Shown piece by piece: positions 18,646 through 28,635 of a stretch of DNA of 56,154 bases. The first letter of the stretch is position 1. The number at the start of each line of letters is the position of its first letter. The notes under the pieces are model-generated. The model was not told where the DNA came from. It worked only from the letters and a program-made list of their open reading frames with translations, and searched no databases. Position numbers and translations under genes: made by a program. Where the stretch lies: positions 1-56,154 of the forward strand of contig VFJJ01000100.1 in the NCBI GenBank assembly GCA_009886115.1, in the 5' to 3' direction. The DNA is from Actinomycetota bacterium (GTDB lineage: Bacteria > Actinomycetota > Acidimicrobiia > IMCC26256 > VFJJ01).

Positions 18646-19926
18646 TCACCACGTGACGTCGACCCGTTGCGGGCCGCGGAGCTGGAGCGTGTTGCGCCAT
18701 TCGAACGATCCGGTCCCCGGACGCAGGTGCGGGAAGCGGGCGAGGAGCGTCTCGATGCCCACCGAGATCTCGGTGCGGGCCAGGGCGGCGCCGATGCAGT
18801 AGTAGGCGCCGAACGAGAACGCGAGGTGATGGGTGACGTCGCGTGTCACGTCGAGGCGGTCGGGATCGGCGAAGCGTGCGGGGTCACGATTCACCGCGCC
18901 GAGAAAGATGTAGACCATTCCTCCCGGGGGGATCTCCGCCGGGCCGGAGGTCATCCCGTCGAGAACCACTCGGTGGTTGATCTGGACCGAGGCGTCGTAG
19001 CGCAGGAACTCCTCGACGGCATTCTTCATCAGCTCGGGGCGCTCGGTCAGGAGCGCGAGCTGGTCGGGATGACGGAACAACGCGACCTGCGCGTTGCCCA
19101 GGAGGTCCTGGGTGGTCTCGTGGCCCGCCTGCAACAAGAGGATGCAGTTGGCGATGAGCTCGGTGTGCGAGAGCCGGGTCCCCTCGGCCTCGGCCTCGAG
19201 CAATGACGAGAGCAGGTCGTCGGCCGGGGCCCGTCGGCGCTCCTCGGCCAGCTCTGCGAAGTACTCCATGAACGCCCTGGCCGCGGCGTCACCTCGGGCC
19301 GAGACCTCGGGGGTCACCGACTTCTCGCCGGCCCGGGCGAAGTCCCACGCGAGCTGGCGGATGATCGGGAAGTCGTCGTCGGGGATGCCGAGGATCTTGG
19401 CGATCACGTTGAACGGGAGCTCGTAGTTGTACTGGTCGACGAGCTCGGCGTGGTCGTCGACCTCCATCCGATCGCAGAGCTCGTTGGCGACCTGCTCGGC
19501 GATCGGGCGCCACCGGGCCATGGCCCGGGGGGTGAACGCCGACTTCACCAACGTGCGCACGCGTTGGTGGGGCTCGGGATGCTGCCAGAGCATCACGTTG
19601 CGCATGACGCTGGTGAACGTGCCGTCGCCGTGGGTGAACGCCTCGTCGACCACTTGCGGATCGTTGACGACCCTGGGGTTCTTGAAGATGATGTCGGTCT
19701 CGGCGAATCCGGTGAAGGCGTAGGCGCCGTGGAACAGCTCGGGACGGTTGCGGTACACGGGTGCCACCCGCCGGAGCTGGTGGTAGAGCGGGTACAACTC
19801 GCCTCGCTGGGCCGGATCGACCAGGCGGGCCATGATCTCGTCGCCGTCGGTCGGCAGCCCCGGCGGGTTCCAATCGACCGGCTCGAACGTGGCCGGGATC
19901 CCTGGCGCCTTGATGGCACTGACCAT
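18646..19926 (-). CDS. Cytochrome P450
   Basis: I-helix AGHETT, EEFLR (ExxR), NRDPARF, heme loop FSFGAYYCIG. Confidence 0.93.
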   Translation of the reverse strand: MVSAIKAPGIPATFEPVDWNPPGLPTDGDEIMARLVDPAQRGELYPLYHQLRRVAPVYRNRPELFHGAYAFTGFAETDIIFKNPRVVNDPQVVDEAFTHGDGTFTSVMRNVMLWQHPEPHQRVRTLVKSAFTPRAMARWRPIAEQVANELCDRMEVDDHAELVDQYNYELPFNVIAKILGIPDDDFPIIRQLAWDFARAGEKSVTPEVSARGDAAARAFMEYFAELAEERRRAPADDLLSSLLEAEAEGTRLSHTELIANCILLLQAGHETTQDLLGNAQVALFRHPDQLALLTERPELMKNAVEEFLRYDASVQINHRVVLDGMTSGPAEIPPGGMVYIFLGAVNRDPARFADPDRLDVTRDVTHHLAFSFGAYYCIGAALARTEISVGIETLLARFPHLRPGTGSFEWRNTLQLRGPQRVDVTW

Positions 19927-19939
19927 GTCGCCTCCGTTT

Positions 19940-20001
19940 CGTGGCCCCCGGCCTTCGTGGCCCCCGGCCTTCGTGGACCCCAGCCGCCGTGGACCCCAGC
20001 C
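19940..20001. repeat. Degenerate 16-bp tandem repeat x4
   Basis: CGTGGCCCCCGGCCTT x2, then CGTGGACCCCAGCC-type units x2, directly upstream of the P450 RBS. Confidence 0.85.
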
Positions 20002-20006
20002 AAACT

Positions 20007-20043
20007 TGTGCGGAAATGCTCACGGGGTGAGCATTTCCGCACA
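20007..20043. repeat. Perfect 17-bp inverted repeat (REP-like hairpin or operator)
   Basis: TGTGCGGAAATGCTCAC-GGG-GTGAGCATTTCCGCACA; no U-tract. Confidence 0.9.
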
Positions 20044-20143
20044 CATTTCGGGATGTGGGGTTGGGGGTGATGGGTGAGATGATTCCCCGCCCGGGTGGTC
20101 GGCGTCGAGCCCGTCCCCGGAGCGGCCCGCAGCAGCCTGGCGC

Positions 20144-21223
20144 TCAGCTCTTCCAGGTGATGATCGTCCGCCCGATGGTGGTCCGGGTCTCCATCTCGTC
20201 GAGCGCCGCCGGGAGCTCGCGAGATGGCGCCACCCGGCCCACGACCGGGCCGATCCGCCCCTGGCCCAGCAGGCCGAGGAGCGTGCCGTGGACGGCGTCG
20301 CCGACCGAGCGGGGCCAGACGTTGATGCCCGCTGCGGCGAGGCCGCCGACCGGATCCGACCGGTAGGCGAGCAGCACCCCGCCCGTCGAGAAGTTCCCGA
20401 AGCACAAGGAGCGGGGCAGCACGCCCGGGAGGTCCTCGGCCTCGATCCCGCCGGCGAAGCCGACGATGACGTGGCGGCCGCCGCGGCCCAGGCACCGCAA
20501 GGAATCGACGGTGACCGCCCCGCCGACGCCGTCGAACACGACATCGACACCGCGACCCCCGGTGGCCTCCAGGACGACGTCGACGAAGCTCCGCTCGCGA
20601 TGGTCGACGACCACGTCGGCGCCGAGCTGGCGGCACCGCTCGACCTTGGCGGACCCGCCGGCCACCGCGATCACCCGGGCGCCGGTCGCCGCGCCGAGCT
20701 GGATTGCCGCCGATCCGACGCCTCCGGCCGCCGCGTGCACGAGCACCGTCTCGCCGGGCTGGGTGGCTGCCCGCTCGAACAGGCCGAGATGGGCGAGATG
20801 GAACGGGAACAAGAACGCGCCACCCTCGACGTCGTCGAGCATCTCGGGTGCGGCGAACGTCATGTCGGCCGAAGCCAGCGCGTACTGTGCGTGCGCTCCG
20901 GTGGCGCCCACCGCCGTGGCCACGACCCGGCGGCCGATCCACGCCGCATCGCTCGGACCGGGCCCGGCGGCGGTGACCGTGCCCAGCATCTCCATCCCGA
21001 GCGTGTACGGCAACGGCGGGTCGATCGTGCGGTAGCGCCCGTGGCAGCCGTCGACCTCGTTGTAGTTGAGCGCCGTGGTGGCGACCTCGACGAGCAGCTC
21101 GCCCGGCCCGGGCACGGGCATCGGGCACTCGTCGAGACGCAACGCCTCCGACGGCCGTCCGTGTCGCACGACCCGCCACGCCATCATCGTCTCGCCCGTC
21201 GTGTCGCCCGTCGTGTCGCCCAT
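20144..21223 (-). CDS. MDR-family NADPH:quinone oxidoreductase-like protein
   Basis: PYTLGME, VHAAAGGVGSAA, RGVDVVFDGVGG, GFAGG. True start may be 21187. Confidence 0.88.
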   Translation of the reverse strand: MGDTTGDTTGETMMAWRVVRHGRPSEALRLDECPMPVPGPGELLVEVATTALNYNEVDGCHGRYRTIDPPLPYTLGMEMLGTVTAAGPGPSDAAWIGRRVVATAVGATGAHAQYALASADMTFAAPEMLDDVEGGAFLFPFHLAHLGLFERAATQPGETVLVHAAAGGVGSAAIQLGAATGARVIAVAGGSAKVERCRQLGADVVVDHRERSFVDVVLEATGGRGVDVVFDGVGGAVTVDSLRCLGRGGRHVIVGFAGGIEAEDLPGVLPRSLCFGNFSTGGVLLAYRSDPVGGLAAAGINVWPRSVGDAVHGTLLGLLGQGRIGPVVGRVAPSRELPAALDEMETRTTIGRTIITWKS

Positions 21224-22434
21224 CCCGGGAGTCTCTCGCGATCTCGGCTCGTTCGAGGGGTGCGATGCCCGGGACGGGCCGCGCCGTGTGGCTCCAGGGT
21301 TTCCTCGGCGTAAGGCTCGCGTTCGCCGTCCGGGCTGGCCGGGTCTCGGCCAACGTGCGCATGGGCGTGGCGGTGGTGGACGTCGCTGACGTGCTCGTGG
21401 ATGTGGGTGAGGGGCTCGTGGCGGTGCTGGTGGCTGTGGATGCCGTCGGCGGGGTCGGGACTCCCGGGCGGGTGCGAATGCCGATGATGCTCGTCATGGC
21501 GATGGCGGTGCTCGTGCTCGAGCGGGTCGTGGTGGTGCTGGTGGCCGTGCCGATCGGTGATCATCGCCACGAGCCCGGTTGCCATGAGCGCGCCGGCCAC
21601 CACGTCGAAGGCCGAGAGCCGATCGCCGAGAACGACGAACGCGACGAGGGCACCCGCGAAGGGAGCCACGGCGAACACGGCCGACTCCCGGGCCGCGCCC
21701 AGCAGTCGCAAGGCGTAGGCGTCGGCGACGACGGAGATGCCGTAGCCGACGGCGCCGATCGCGACGAGCGCAGCCAGCCGCGATCCGCTGGGCCACGAGG
21801 CGCCGCGCATCGCCGCGATGACCACGTTGACCGTCGCCGCGATGCCGGTCTTGACGGCCACGATGGCGAACGGGTCTCGGACGGTGAGCGTCTGGGTGAG
21901 GTTGTTGTCGATGGCCCAGGCGGCGCACGCCGCGACGATCAGGAGCGCACCGACGGTGTCGGCGTCGCCGAAGGGGCCACCAGCCGCGGTGAGCACGAAA
22001 GCCCCGCCGAGGACGAGGGCGGCGGCCACTGCGCTCCGGCGTCCGAGGTGCTCGCCGAACGCGACCACGCCCACGACGAGCGTGAACGGTCCTTCGAGGT
22101 TCAACAGGAGCGAGCCGCTCACTCCCGACACCCGCTGTAGCCCGGCCATGAGGAGCACGGGTGCGATGATCCCGCCGAGCACCACGAGCCCGACGAGCGG
22201 GCCGCGATCGCTTCGCTGGAGGCTGGCCTCCCGGGTGCTCCGGCGGCGTGCAGCTGCCACGGGCGCGATGGCGAGAAACGCTCCGGCGTAGAGCAGACCG
22301 GCGACGAGTTGGGCGTCGAGGTTCTCACCCGAGTGCTTGGCCAAGGGGGCGCTGGCCCCGAAGGTGACGGCGGCCGCGGCCCCAGCCAGGTACCCGACCC
22401 GAACCGGGCGTCGAGCCACCGGGTCGCGCTTCAT
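21184..22434 (-). CDS. EamA/DMT transporter with His-rich C-terminal tail
   Basis: About 10 hydrophobic segments, SLLLNLEG, WAIDNNLT, LGAARES, then HGHQHHHDPLEHEHRHRHDEHHRH...DVHHRHAH. Confidence 0.87.
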   Translation of the reverse strand: MKRDPVARRPVRVGYLAGAAAAVTFGASAPLAKHSGENLDAQLVAGLLYAGAFLAIAPVAAARRRSTREASLQRSDRGPLVGLVVLGGIIAPVLLMAGLQRVSGVSGSLLLNLEGPFTLVVGVVAFGEHLGRRSAVAAALVLGGAFVLTAAGGPFGDADTVGALLIVAACAAWAIDNNLTQTLTVRDPFAIVAVKTGIAATVNVVIAAMRGASWPSGSRLAALVAIGAVGYGISVVADAYALRLLGAARESAVFAVAPFAGALVAFVVLGDRLSAFDVVAGALMATGLVAMITDRHGHQHHHDPLEHEHRHRHDEHHRHSHPPGSPDPADGIHSHQHRHEPLTHIHEHVSDVHHRHAHAHVGRDPASPDGEREPYAEETLEPHGAARPGHRTPRTSRDRERLPGWATRRATRRARR

Positions 22435-22510
22435 GTGGTCAGACGGGCGAGCCGTCGGACGGCGGTGGGGTCTGGCCCTTCGCGAGTGGCGACCTGGGTC
22501 TCATCCCGGC

Positions 22511-23665
22511 TCATCCTGCGGGTTGCAGGATGAGGCCGCTGTGGCCGCCCGCCACCATGATCGTCTCCGGACTCGACAGCTGGTTCGCCGCCGTGCCCCT
22601 GATCTGGCGGACGCCCTCGAGGATGTTGTTGAGGCCGTGGATGTAGGCCTCGCCGAGCAGACCCCCGTGGGTGTTGACCGGGAGCGTGCCGGTGAGGTCG
22701 ATGTTGCCCTCGGCGATGAACGCGGCCGCTTCGCCGGGGCCGCAGAACCCCAGCGCCTCGAGCTGCAGGAACACGACCGGGCTGAAGTTCTCGTACAGCA
22801 TCGCGGCATCGATGTCGGAGGGGCCCAGCCCGGTCTGTTCGTAGAGCTGCCGCCCGAGTGCGCGGGCCTCGGGGAACTCGGCCAGGTCGCCGTGGTAGTA
22901 GTTGAACATGATGTTGCCGTCGTTGATGTGGGCGTCGGCGACGGCAGCCACCTTCACGGCGCGGTTGGGGAGGTCGTTGGCCCGGTCGGCCGTGGTGACG
23001 ATCATCGCCACGCCTCCGTCGCTCTCTTGGCAGCAGTCGAGCAGCCGCAGGATCGGCTCGACGATCCACCGTGAGCACTGGTGGTCTTCGAGGGTGATCG
23101 GCCGCTGGTGGAACCAGGCGTTGGGGTTCGTGGCCGCGTGACGCCGGGCGACGACGGTGTAGCGCCCGAAGTCCTCGTTGGTGAGGCCGTAGCGGAACAT
23201 GTAGCGCTGGAACCCGAGCGAGTAGGTCTTGGCCGGGGTGTCGAGGCCGAACGGCAGGTACCAGTTCCAGCCCGGAGGCGTGACGCGAGCGTTGGGCTGT
23301 CCGAACCGCCGACCCGAGCGCTCGTTGAACGCCCGGTACACCAGGACCGCCTTGGCCGCGCCGCCGTGGACGGCCAGGGCGGCGTGCTGGATCGTCGTGT
23401 GCGCGCCCGCCCCGCCGTTGGGGGTGCGCGACCAGTAGCGCAGCTCGGGGATGCCGAGTGAGCGCATGAGCAGCAGCTCGTCGTTCGAGTCCTGGGTGAA
23501 GGTCACCATGCCGTCGATGTCGGCCGGGGTCATGCCCGCGTCGGCGATCGCGCTGCGAGCCGCCTCGGCCGCGAGCTGGAGCTCGCTACGCCCGCTGTGC
23601 TTGGAGAACTCGGTCTGACCGATGCCGGCGATGATCGTGCTGCCCGCGACCGTGACCCGGCTCAC
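22511..23665 (-). CDS. SCP2-type thiolase-fold lipid-transfer protein (Ltp2-like retro-aldolase)
   Basis: GIGQTEFSKHSGRSELQLA, YRAFNERSG, LLDCCQESDG, LYENFS, NTHGGLLGEAYIHG. Confidence 0.85.
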   Translation of the reverse strand: MSRVTVAGSTIIAGIGQTEFSKHSGRSELQLAAEAARSAIADAGMTPADIDGMVTFTQDSNDELLLMRSLGIPELRYWSRTPNGGAGAHTTIQHAALAVHGGAAKAVLVYRAFNERSGRRFGQPNARVTPPGWNWYLPFGLDTPAKTYSLGFQRYMFRYGLTNEDFGRYTVVARRHAATNPNAWFHQRPITLEDHQCSRWIVEPILRLLDCCQESDGGVAMIVTTADRANDLPNRAVKVAAVADAHINDGNIMFNYYHGDLAEFPEARALGRQLYEQTGLGPSDIDAAMLYENFSPVVFLQLEALGFCGPGEAAAFIAEGNIDLTGTLPVNTHGGLLGEAYIHGLNNILEGVRQIRGTAANQLSSPETIMVAGGHSGLILQPAG

Positions 23666-24087
23666 GTCGGGCTCCCCATCGGCACGGGCCCCTCGACGCT
23701 TCGCGGGCGGAACTGGGGCAGGAGCACGCCGTCGATCTCGCGGAAGCACACCTCGACCGGCATCTCGTTGCGCACCTGATCGAACGGGGTGTCGACGAGG
23801 TTGCCCACCAAGCGCAGGCCTTCGGTGAGCTCCACCAGGACCACGACGCGCGCCTGGTCATCGGGTTCGCTGGGATGGCGCGAGATGATCCAGCTGTGCA
23901 CATGGCCCGTTCCCTGAGCTTCCTGCACGCCCCGGTCGGTCGCGTGGCAGCGGCCGCACATCGGCACGGGCGGATGACGCAGCGTCCCGCACGAGCCGCA
24001 CGTCTGCAGGAGGAGGCGATGCTCCTTCACCCCGTCCCAGAAGTACTCGTCATCGGCATCGACGGTGGGCGGTATCACGCGGGCCAT
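23662..24087 (-). CDS. DUF35 Zn-ribbon/OB-fold protein (Ltp2 partner)
   Basis: FWDG, CGSCG..RHPPVPMCGRC, LVELTEGLRLVGNL. Coupled to the thiolase-fold gene. Confidence 0.88.
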   Translation of the reverse strand: MARVIPPTVDADDEYFWDGVKEHRLLLQTCGSCGTLRHPPVPMCGRCHATDRGVQEAQGTGHVHSWIISRHPSEPDDQARVVVLVELTEGLRLVGNLVDTPFDQVRNEMPVEVCFREIDGVLLPQFRPRSVEGPVPMGSPT

Positions 24088-24815
24088 GGGCCAGCTCCCG
24101 TGTCGTTCGTGGTCTCGGACACGACGCTTCCCCGCCCCGACGCCGAGGCGCGAACCGCAGCCGAGATGCCGTCGATCAACAGCGTGCGCTGGATGGTGTC
24201 GCTCGCCTTCGTCTTCGAGCTCGTGCTGAAGCTCGACGCGATCAGGTTGCCGACGAGATACCCGCGGAGCGCCGTGAACGCGTAGTTGACGAGCCCGGGC
24301 TCGGCAGCCGACTCGCCCAGCGCCTTGGCGCAGACGGGTCGCCAGGCCCGACTCAAGCGTTGCGCGTGGCGTCGTACCGCTTGGCGCGTCTCGGTCGAGG
24401 TGGCCGGGTTGTTCGCCAGATCGAGGCCGATCTGCATCGTGACGAGGTGCTCGGGTTGGCCGTAGTGCTGCTCGAGGATGGCGAGGAGCTCGTGCAGCCG
24501 GTCCTCGAGCGTCGCTCCGCAGATCTCGGCGCTCACCACGAGGTGTTGCAGTCGGTCCCAGCGGTCGTTCAGCACCTCGAGCAGGAGGGCCTCCCGGGAG
24601 CCGAACTGGTGCTGGAGGACGCCCCAGGTCACGCCGGCGCGCCGGGCGATCTCGTTCGAGCTCGATTGGTAGTACCCGACGTCGAGGATGCTGGCGATCG
24701 CCGCTTCCAACACGCGTTGGCGGGTGAGCTCGCCATCGCGCCGACGCACGCGCCCGTCGCCGGGCGTGGCCCGTCGTGCGCTCGAATCCTTGGTGGTGGC
24801 GACGGCTTCGGTCAT
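24075..24815 (-). CDS. TetR/AcrR family transcriptional regulator
   Basis: TRQRVLEAA, EIARRAGVTWGVLQHQFGSREALL HTH. Confidence 0.9.
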   Translation of the reverse strand: MTEAVATTKDSSARRATPGDGRVRRRDGELTRQRVLEAAIASILDVGYYQSSSNEIARRAGVTWGVLQHQFGSREALLLEVLNDRWDRLQHLVVSAEICGATLEDRLHELLAILEQHYGQPEHLVTMQIGLDLANNPATSTETRQAVRRHAQRLSRAWRPVCAKALGESAAEPGLVNYAFTALRGYLVGNLIASSFSTSSKTKASDTIQRTLLIDGISAAVRASASGRGSVVSETTNDTGAGPWPA

Positions 24816-27343
24816 GGTCGCTCGATCGGGGCGTCGAGGACGGCGTGCTCCGCTGCCATGTCGTCGATCTCGGTATCGGTGTAGCCGTGCTCGCGCAGCA
24901 GCTGCCGTGTGTGCTCGCCACACATGCACGGACCGCCCTGGATCACACTGGGGGTGTCGGAGAAGCCGACGAGCAGCCCCGGATCTTCGAAGCGGCCGAC
25001 ACCGCTCGCCCAGGTCTCGGAGACCAGGCGCTCGGCTCGGGCGTGGGGATCGTCGAAGATCGTTCGGCAGAACGACTCGTCGACCACCTCCGCCGGGACC
25101 CCGAGGGCGTCGAGCGCGCTCTGCCAGGCCGCCGCCGGTCGTGACCGGAAGCCGGCCTCGAGGTCGGCCTCGAGGTTGGCCTCGAGCGCGGCCTCGAGCG
25201 CGGCGCCGGCATCGCCCCGGGTGTTGGGGGGCTCGACAGCGCTCACCGCGTGGCCCGTCACCGCATGGAGGAGGCGAAGTCGGTGCTCGGGTGTGAGTGC
25301 GGCGACGAACAGCCAGGCATCGTCTTCGCACTGGTAGAGCCGGTAGTACGGCGACAGCCCGTGCTGGTCGCCGTCGACGTGGCCCCAATCGGCGGACGTG
25401 CCATCGGAGGCGATCCAGGCGTACGAGGTGTGGAGCAGCCCGGCGTTGACGATCGAGGTGCTGACCGCCTGCCCCTCGCCGGTGCGCTCCCGGTGATACA
25501 GCGCCGCGGTGATGGCAGTGGCGGCGAGGAGCGCGTTCCCCGTGTCGCCCATGTTCGAACGACTCCACAGGGGAGGGTTTCCGGCGTCGCACGCGCCGTC
25601 CTCCCACTCGGTTCCGGTGAGCGCGGCCGCCGTCTGGTCGGTACCCGGCAGGTCGGAGCGGGGGCCCTTCTCGTACCCGCGGGTGTTGCAGTAGACCAGG
25701 CGCGGGAAGCGCGCGTGCAACGTGTCGAAGTCGAGCCTGAGCCGAGCTGCGGCGCCGGGACGCCAGTTCACCGTGAACACGTCGGCCTGCTCGATGAGCC
25801 GATCGAGCGCGGCACGACCCAAGGGGTGCTTGAGGTTCACGGCGATGCTCCGCTTGCCCCGATTGGTGCCGAGACCCATGTGGGTCCCCGACCAGTACCC
25901 GTCGTGCATGGCCATGACCTTGATGACGTCGGCGCCGAGATCGGCGAGAACCCGACCCGCGAACGGTCCTGCGACGCCGAGCCCGAGGTCGAGCACCCGG
26001 ACCCCGGCGAGCGGATGGGCGAGGGAGACACCTGGGCGCGGGCCCGTGCCGCCCTCGCTGCCCTCGCCGGCCTCGCCCGTCGTCGTCGTCGGCCGTGTCG
26101 GTGCTGCCGGCGAGGCGATGATCGCCGCAGCCTCGGCGAGGACCTCGGCGGTGTGGGCCCCTGACCGGGGCGACGGAGCGGTGACGCCTCCCGGCGTGGA
26201 CGAGAACTCCAGCACCGACCCGACGTGGCGGATGCGACCGACCTCCGGATCGTCGACCTCGACCACGCAGCCGTCAGCCAGGAACGACTCGTCGGCCAGA
26301 GCCTCGGCCGGTGAGCGCACCAACGCGACGCCGATCCCGGCCAGGGCACCGGCTTCCACCCAATCGCTCGACGGGAACTTCTTGAACGCCTCGGCCAGCA
26401 GCGGGTGCAAGAAGATTCCGGTGAGGAACCCGTCGGCCTCCATCGAGATCCGATCGGGATCGTCGCGGTACGCGGTGTCGAGCACCACGTCCTGAGGACG
26501 CTCGGCCTCGGCCGCTCCGAGCACCCACTTCGGGCGGACCGTCCAGTGATGGACCCAACGGCCGTCGGCGCACTCGTAGATCCCCTCGATCGAGCGTGAG
26601 TCGATCGGCCACATCCAGTAGAGCGTGGCGTCGGGGTTCTCGACCCTCTGCCAGTTGAGCGAGATGGCCGCGAGGGCACCCTGAAGCAGCGAGGTCTCGA
26701 CGTGCTGGCCTCGACCGGTGACCTCGCGGGCGCAAAGTGCGGCCGCGATGCCGAGCGACGCCACGTAGTTGGCCCCGATGCTCGGCCAGGGCGTTCGTGG
26801 GAACACGGGGCCGGGGCGATCGGCGCCGCGGACGAGCCCGTCGGGTGCGTCGTACTCTGGGTGGGGGCCATCTCGACCGACGATGTACTCGAACGCCGTG
26901 CCCCGCCGGCCCTTCTGGTCGTACAGCAGCCCGGTTCGGGCGGCAACGAGTGCGTCGTACCCGGGTCGGTCGGCGTGGTCGGGGTGGCGCCCGTACCCGG
27001 AGATCGAGCAGGTGATGAGCCGTGGGTTGATGGCGCACAGCGTGGCGTGATCGATGCCGAGCTCGTCGGTGGTGCCGGGAGAGAACGTCTCGACCACGAT
27101 GTCGGCGCGAGACGCCAGGGCGAGGAACGCCGTGTGGCCCTGGGGTGAGCGGAGATCGATGGTGGCGCTGCGCTTGCCCCGGTGCCAGACGCGGTAGCCG
27201 GTCTGGTCGGCGAACGGGTCACCCTCGGGACGTTCGATCCTCGTCACCCGGGCGCCGTTGTCGACGAGCATCATCGTGGTCATGGGTCCGGCAATCCCCC
27301 ACGAGAGGTCGAGCACCTGCAACCCGTCGAAGACTCCGGCCAT
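24812..27343 (-). CDS. Two-domain (fused) family III CoA-transferase, CaiB/BaiF
   Basis: Two copies of the VLDL..AGP / RGKRS fold joined by a Pro/Thr/Gly linker. Confidence 0.9.
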   Translation of the reverse strand: MAGVFDGLQVLDLSWGIAGPMTTMMLVDNGARVTRIERPEGDPFADQTGYRVWHRGKRSATIDLRSPQGHTAFLALASRADIVVETFSPGTTDELGIDHATLCAINPRLITCSISGYGRHPDHADRPGYDALVAARTGLLYDQKGRRGTAFEYIVGRDGPHPEYDAPDGLVRGADRPGPVFPRTPWPSIGANYVASLGIAAALCAREVTGRGQHVETSLLQGALAAISLNWQRVENPDATLYWMWPIDSRSIEGIYECADGRWVHHWTVRPKWVLGAAEAERPQDVVLDTAYRDDPDRISMEADGFLTGIFLHPLLAEAFKKFPSSDWVEAGALAGIGVALVRSPAEALADESFLADGCVVEVDDPEVGRIRHVGSVLEFSSTPGGVTAPSPRSGAHTAEVLAEAAAIIASPAAPTRPTTTTGEAGEGSEGGTGPRPGVSLAHPLAGVRVLDLGLGVAGPFAGRVLADLGADVIKVMAMHDGYWSGTHMGLGTNRGKRSIAVNLKHPLGRAALDRLIEQADVFTVNWRPGAAARLRLDFDTLHARFPRLVYCNTRGYEKGPRSDLPGTDQTAAALTGTEWEDGACDAGNPPLWSRSNMGDTGNALLAATAITAALYHRERTGEGQAVSTSIVNAGLLHTSYAWIASDGTSADWGHVDGDQHGLSPYYRLYQCEDDAWLFVAALTPEHRLRLLHAVTGHAVSAVEPPNTRGDAGAALEAALEANLEADLEAGFRSRPAAAWQSALDALGVPAEVVDESFCRTIFDDPHARAERLVSETWASGVGRFEDPGLLVGFSDTPSVIQGGPCMCGEHTRQLLREHGYTDTEIDDMAAEHAVLDAPIERP

Positions 27344-27426
27344 CGTCCACCCCTTGTGGCCACGCTCGAGGAATACGCGGATCGTCGTTGGTGCGGGCCT
27401 GCCGCCAACAGCGCCGGATCAATGAA

Positions 27427-27444
27427 TCATAGCAGGTACTATGA
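27427..27444. promoter_or_regulatory. Candidate TetR operator overlapping an extended -10
   Basis: TCATAG-CAGGTA-CTATGA palindrome; the minus strand reads TGcTATGAT across it. Confidence 0.6.
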
Positions 27445-27472
27445 AAGTCGTAGCTGGCCGCATGGGCCGTGG

Positions 27473-28597
27473 TCACAGCCTCCACACGCGTGCGGCGTTG
27501 CCACTCACCACGAGCGCCCGTTCCACGGGATCGGCGCCGACGAACATCTCGTCGACGACCTTCTGCGAGTTGGGCCAGCTCGACACCGGGTGGGGGTAGT
27601 CGGACGACCACATGATGTTCTCGACGCCCAGGCGGGAGTGCGCGTGGTACAGGGCGTCGGGCTCGTCGACGAAGGTGAGGAAGACGTTCTTGCGGAAGTA
27701 GTGGCTCGGTAGCTTGGTGATGGCCGGGAAGTCATAGCCCTGTCGCAGCACGAAGTCGTCGGCGATGTAGAGCCACCACGAGACCCAGCCGAGCCCCGGC
27801 TCCACGAAGACCACGCGCAGATCGGGGAAGCGCTCGAAGACGCCGCCCATGATCCACATTCCGAGCGGTTCGGCGGCCGACATCGCCACGAGGGGCACGA
27901 AGATGCCCTTCTGGGGTGTGGGATCGCGGCGGGCGAGATCGTCCAACGCCGTGTTCATGCCGATGTGGCAGCACACCGGCAGGTCGACGTCCTGGATGGC
28001 CGCCCAGAGCGGGTCGTATCGGGTGTCCCAGTAGTCGGGGAGGCCGAGCTCGGCCGGGAAGACCGGGAGCTGCAACGACTTGCAGCCTGTGGAAGCCGCC
28101 CATCGCACCTCGGCCACGGCGGCGTCGATGTCGTGGATGGGGATCTGGTACGAGACCACGAGGCGACTCGGAGCGGCCGACGCGAAATCGGCCAGGGAGC
28201 TGTTGAACGCCCGCGTTGCCTCCTTCCAGCCGTTCTTCACCAGATAGAGATACCGGAAGGCGGAGACCTCGCAGTACGTGGCCGAGGCTTCGACGCCGTC
28301 GGCGTCCATGTCGGCCAAGCGTTCCTTGGCGTCGGTATGGCCCGCGCGGCCATTGGCTGCGTGGCGGCGACCGGTACCCATCCCCACCGGCCTTTCGGAC
28401 GGCCCCAGGTTCTGCTGCGCTCGCCAGAGCTGGTTGGCCTCGATCGACAGCACGTTGCCCGCGGAGCTGACGAAGGCGGCGATGGCGTCGTCGTAGTCGC
28501 CGTGGAACTTCGTGGCGAGATGCGCCTTCACCGCCGCGTGGCTCAGGTCGACGTGGTCGTCGGCCGAGATCAGCCGTTCCTTGGTCGAAGCACCCAT
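27473..28597 (-). CDS. Amidohydrolase family 2 protein
   Basis: LISADDH, RLADMDADGV, YDPLWAAIQ..CCHIG, GVFERFPDLRVVFVEPG, WSSDYPH. Confidence 0.9.
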   Translation of the reverse strand: MGASTKERLISADDHVDLSHAAVKAHLATKFHGDYDDAIAAFVSSAGNVLSIEANQLWRAQQNLGPSERPVGMGTGRRHAANGRAGHTDAKERLADMDADGVEASATYCEVSAFRYLYLVKNGWKEATRAFNSSLADFASAAPSRLVVSYQIPIHDIDAAVAEVRWAASTGCKSLQLPVFPAELGLPDYWDTRYDPLWAAIQDVDLPVCCHIGMNTALDDLARRDPTPQKGIFVPLVAMSAAEPLGMWIMGGVFERFPDLRVVFVEPGLGWVSWWLYIADDFVLRQGYDFPAITKLPSHYFRKNVFLTFVDEPDALYHAHSRLGVENIMWSSDYPHPVSSWPNSQKVVDEMFVGADPVERALVVSGNAARVWRL

Positions 28598-28635
28598 GGC
28601 TCGCCGCCCCTCTGCTGTGGATCTGGATCGCGTGT

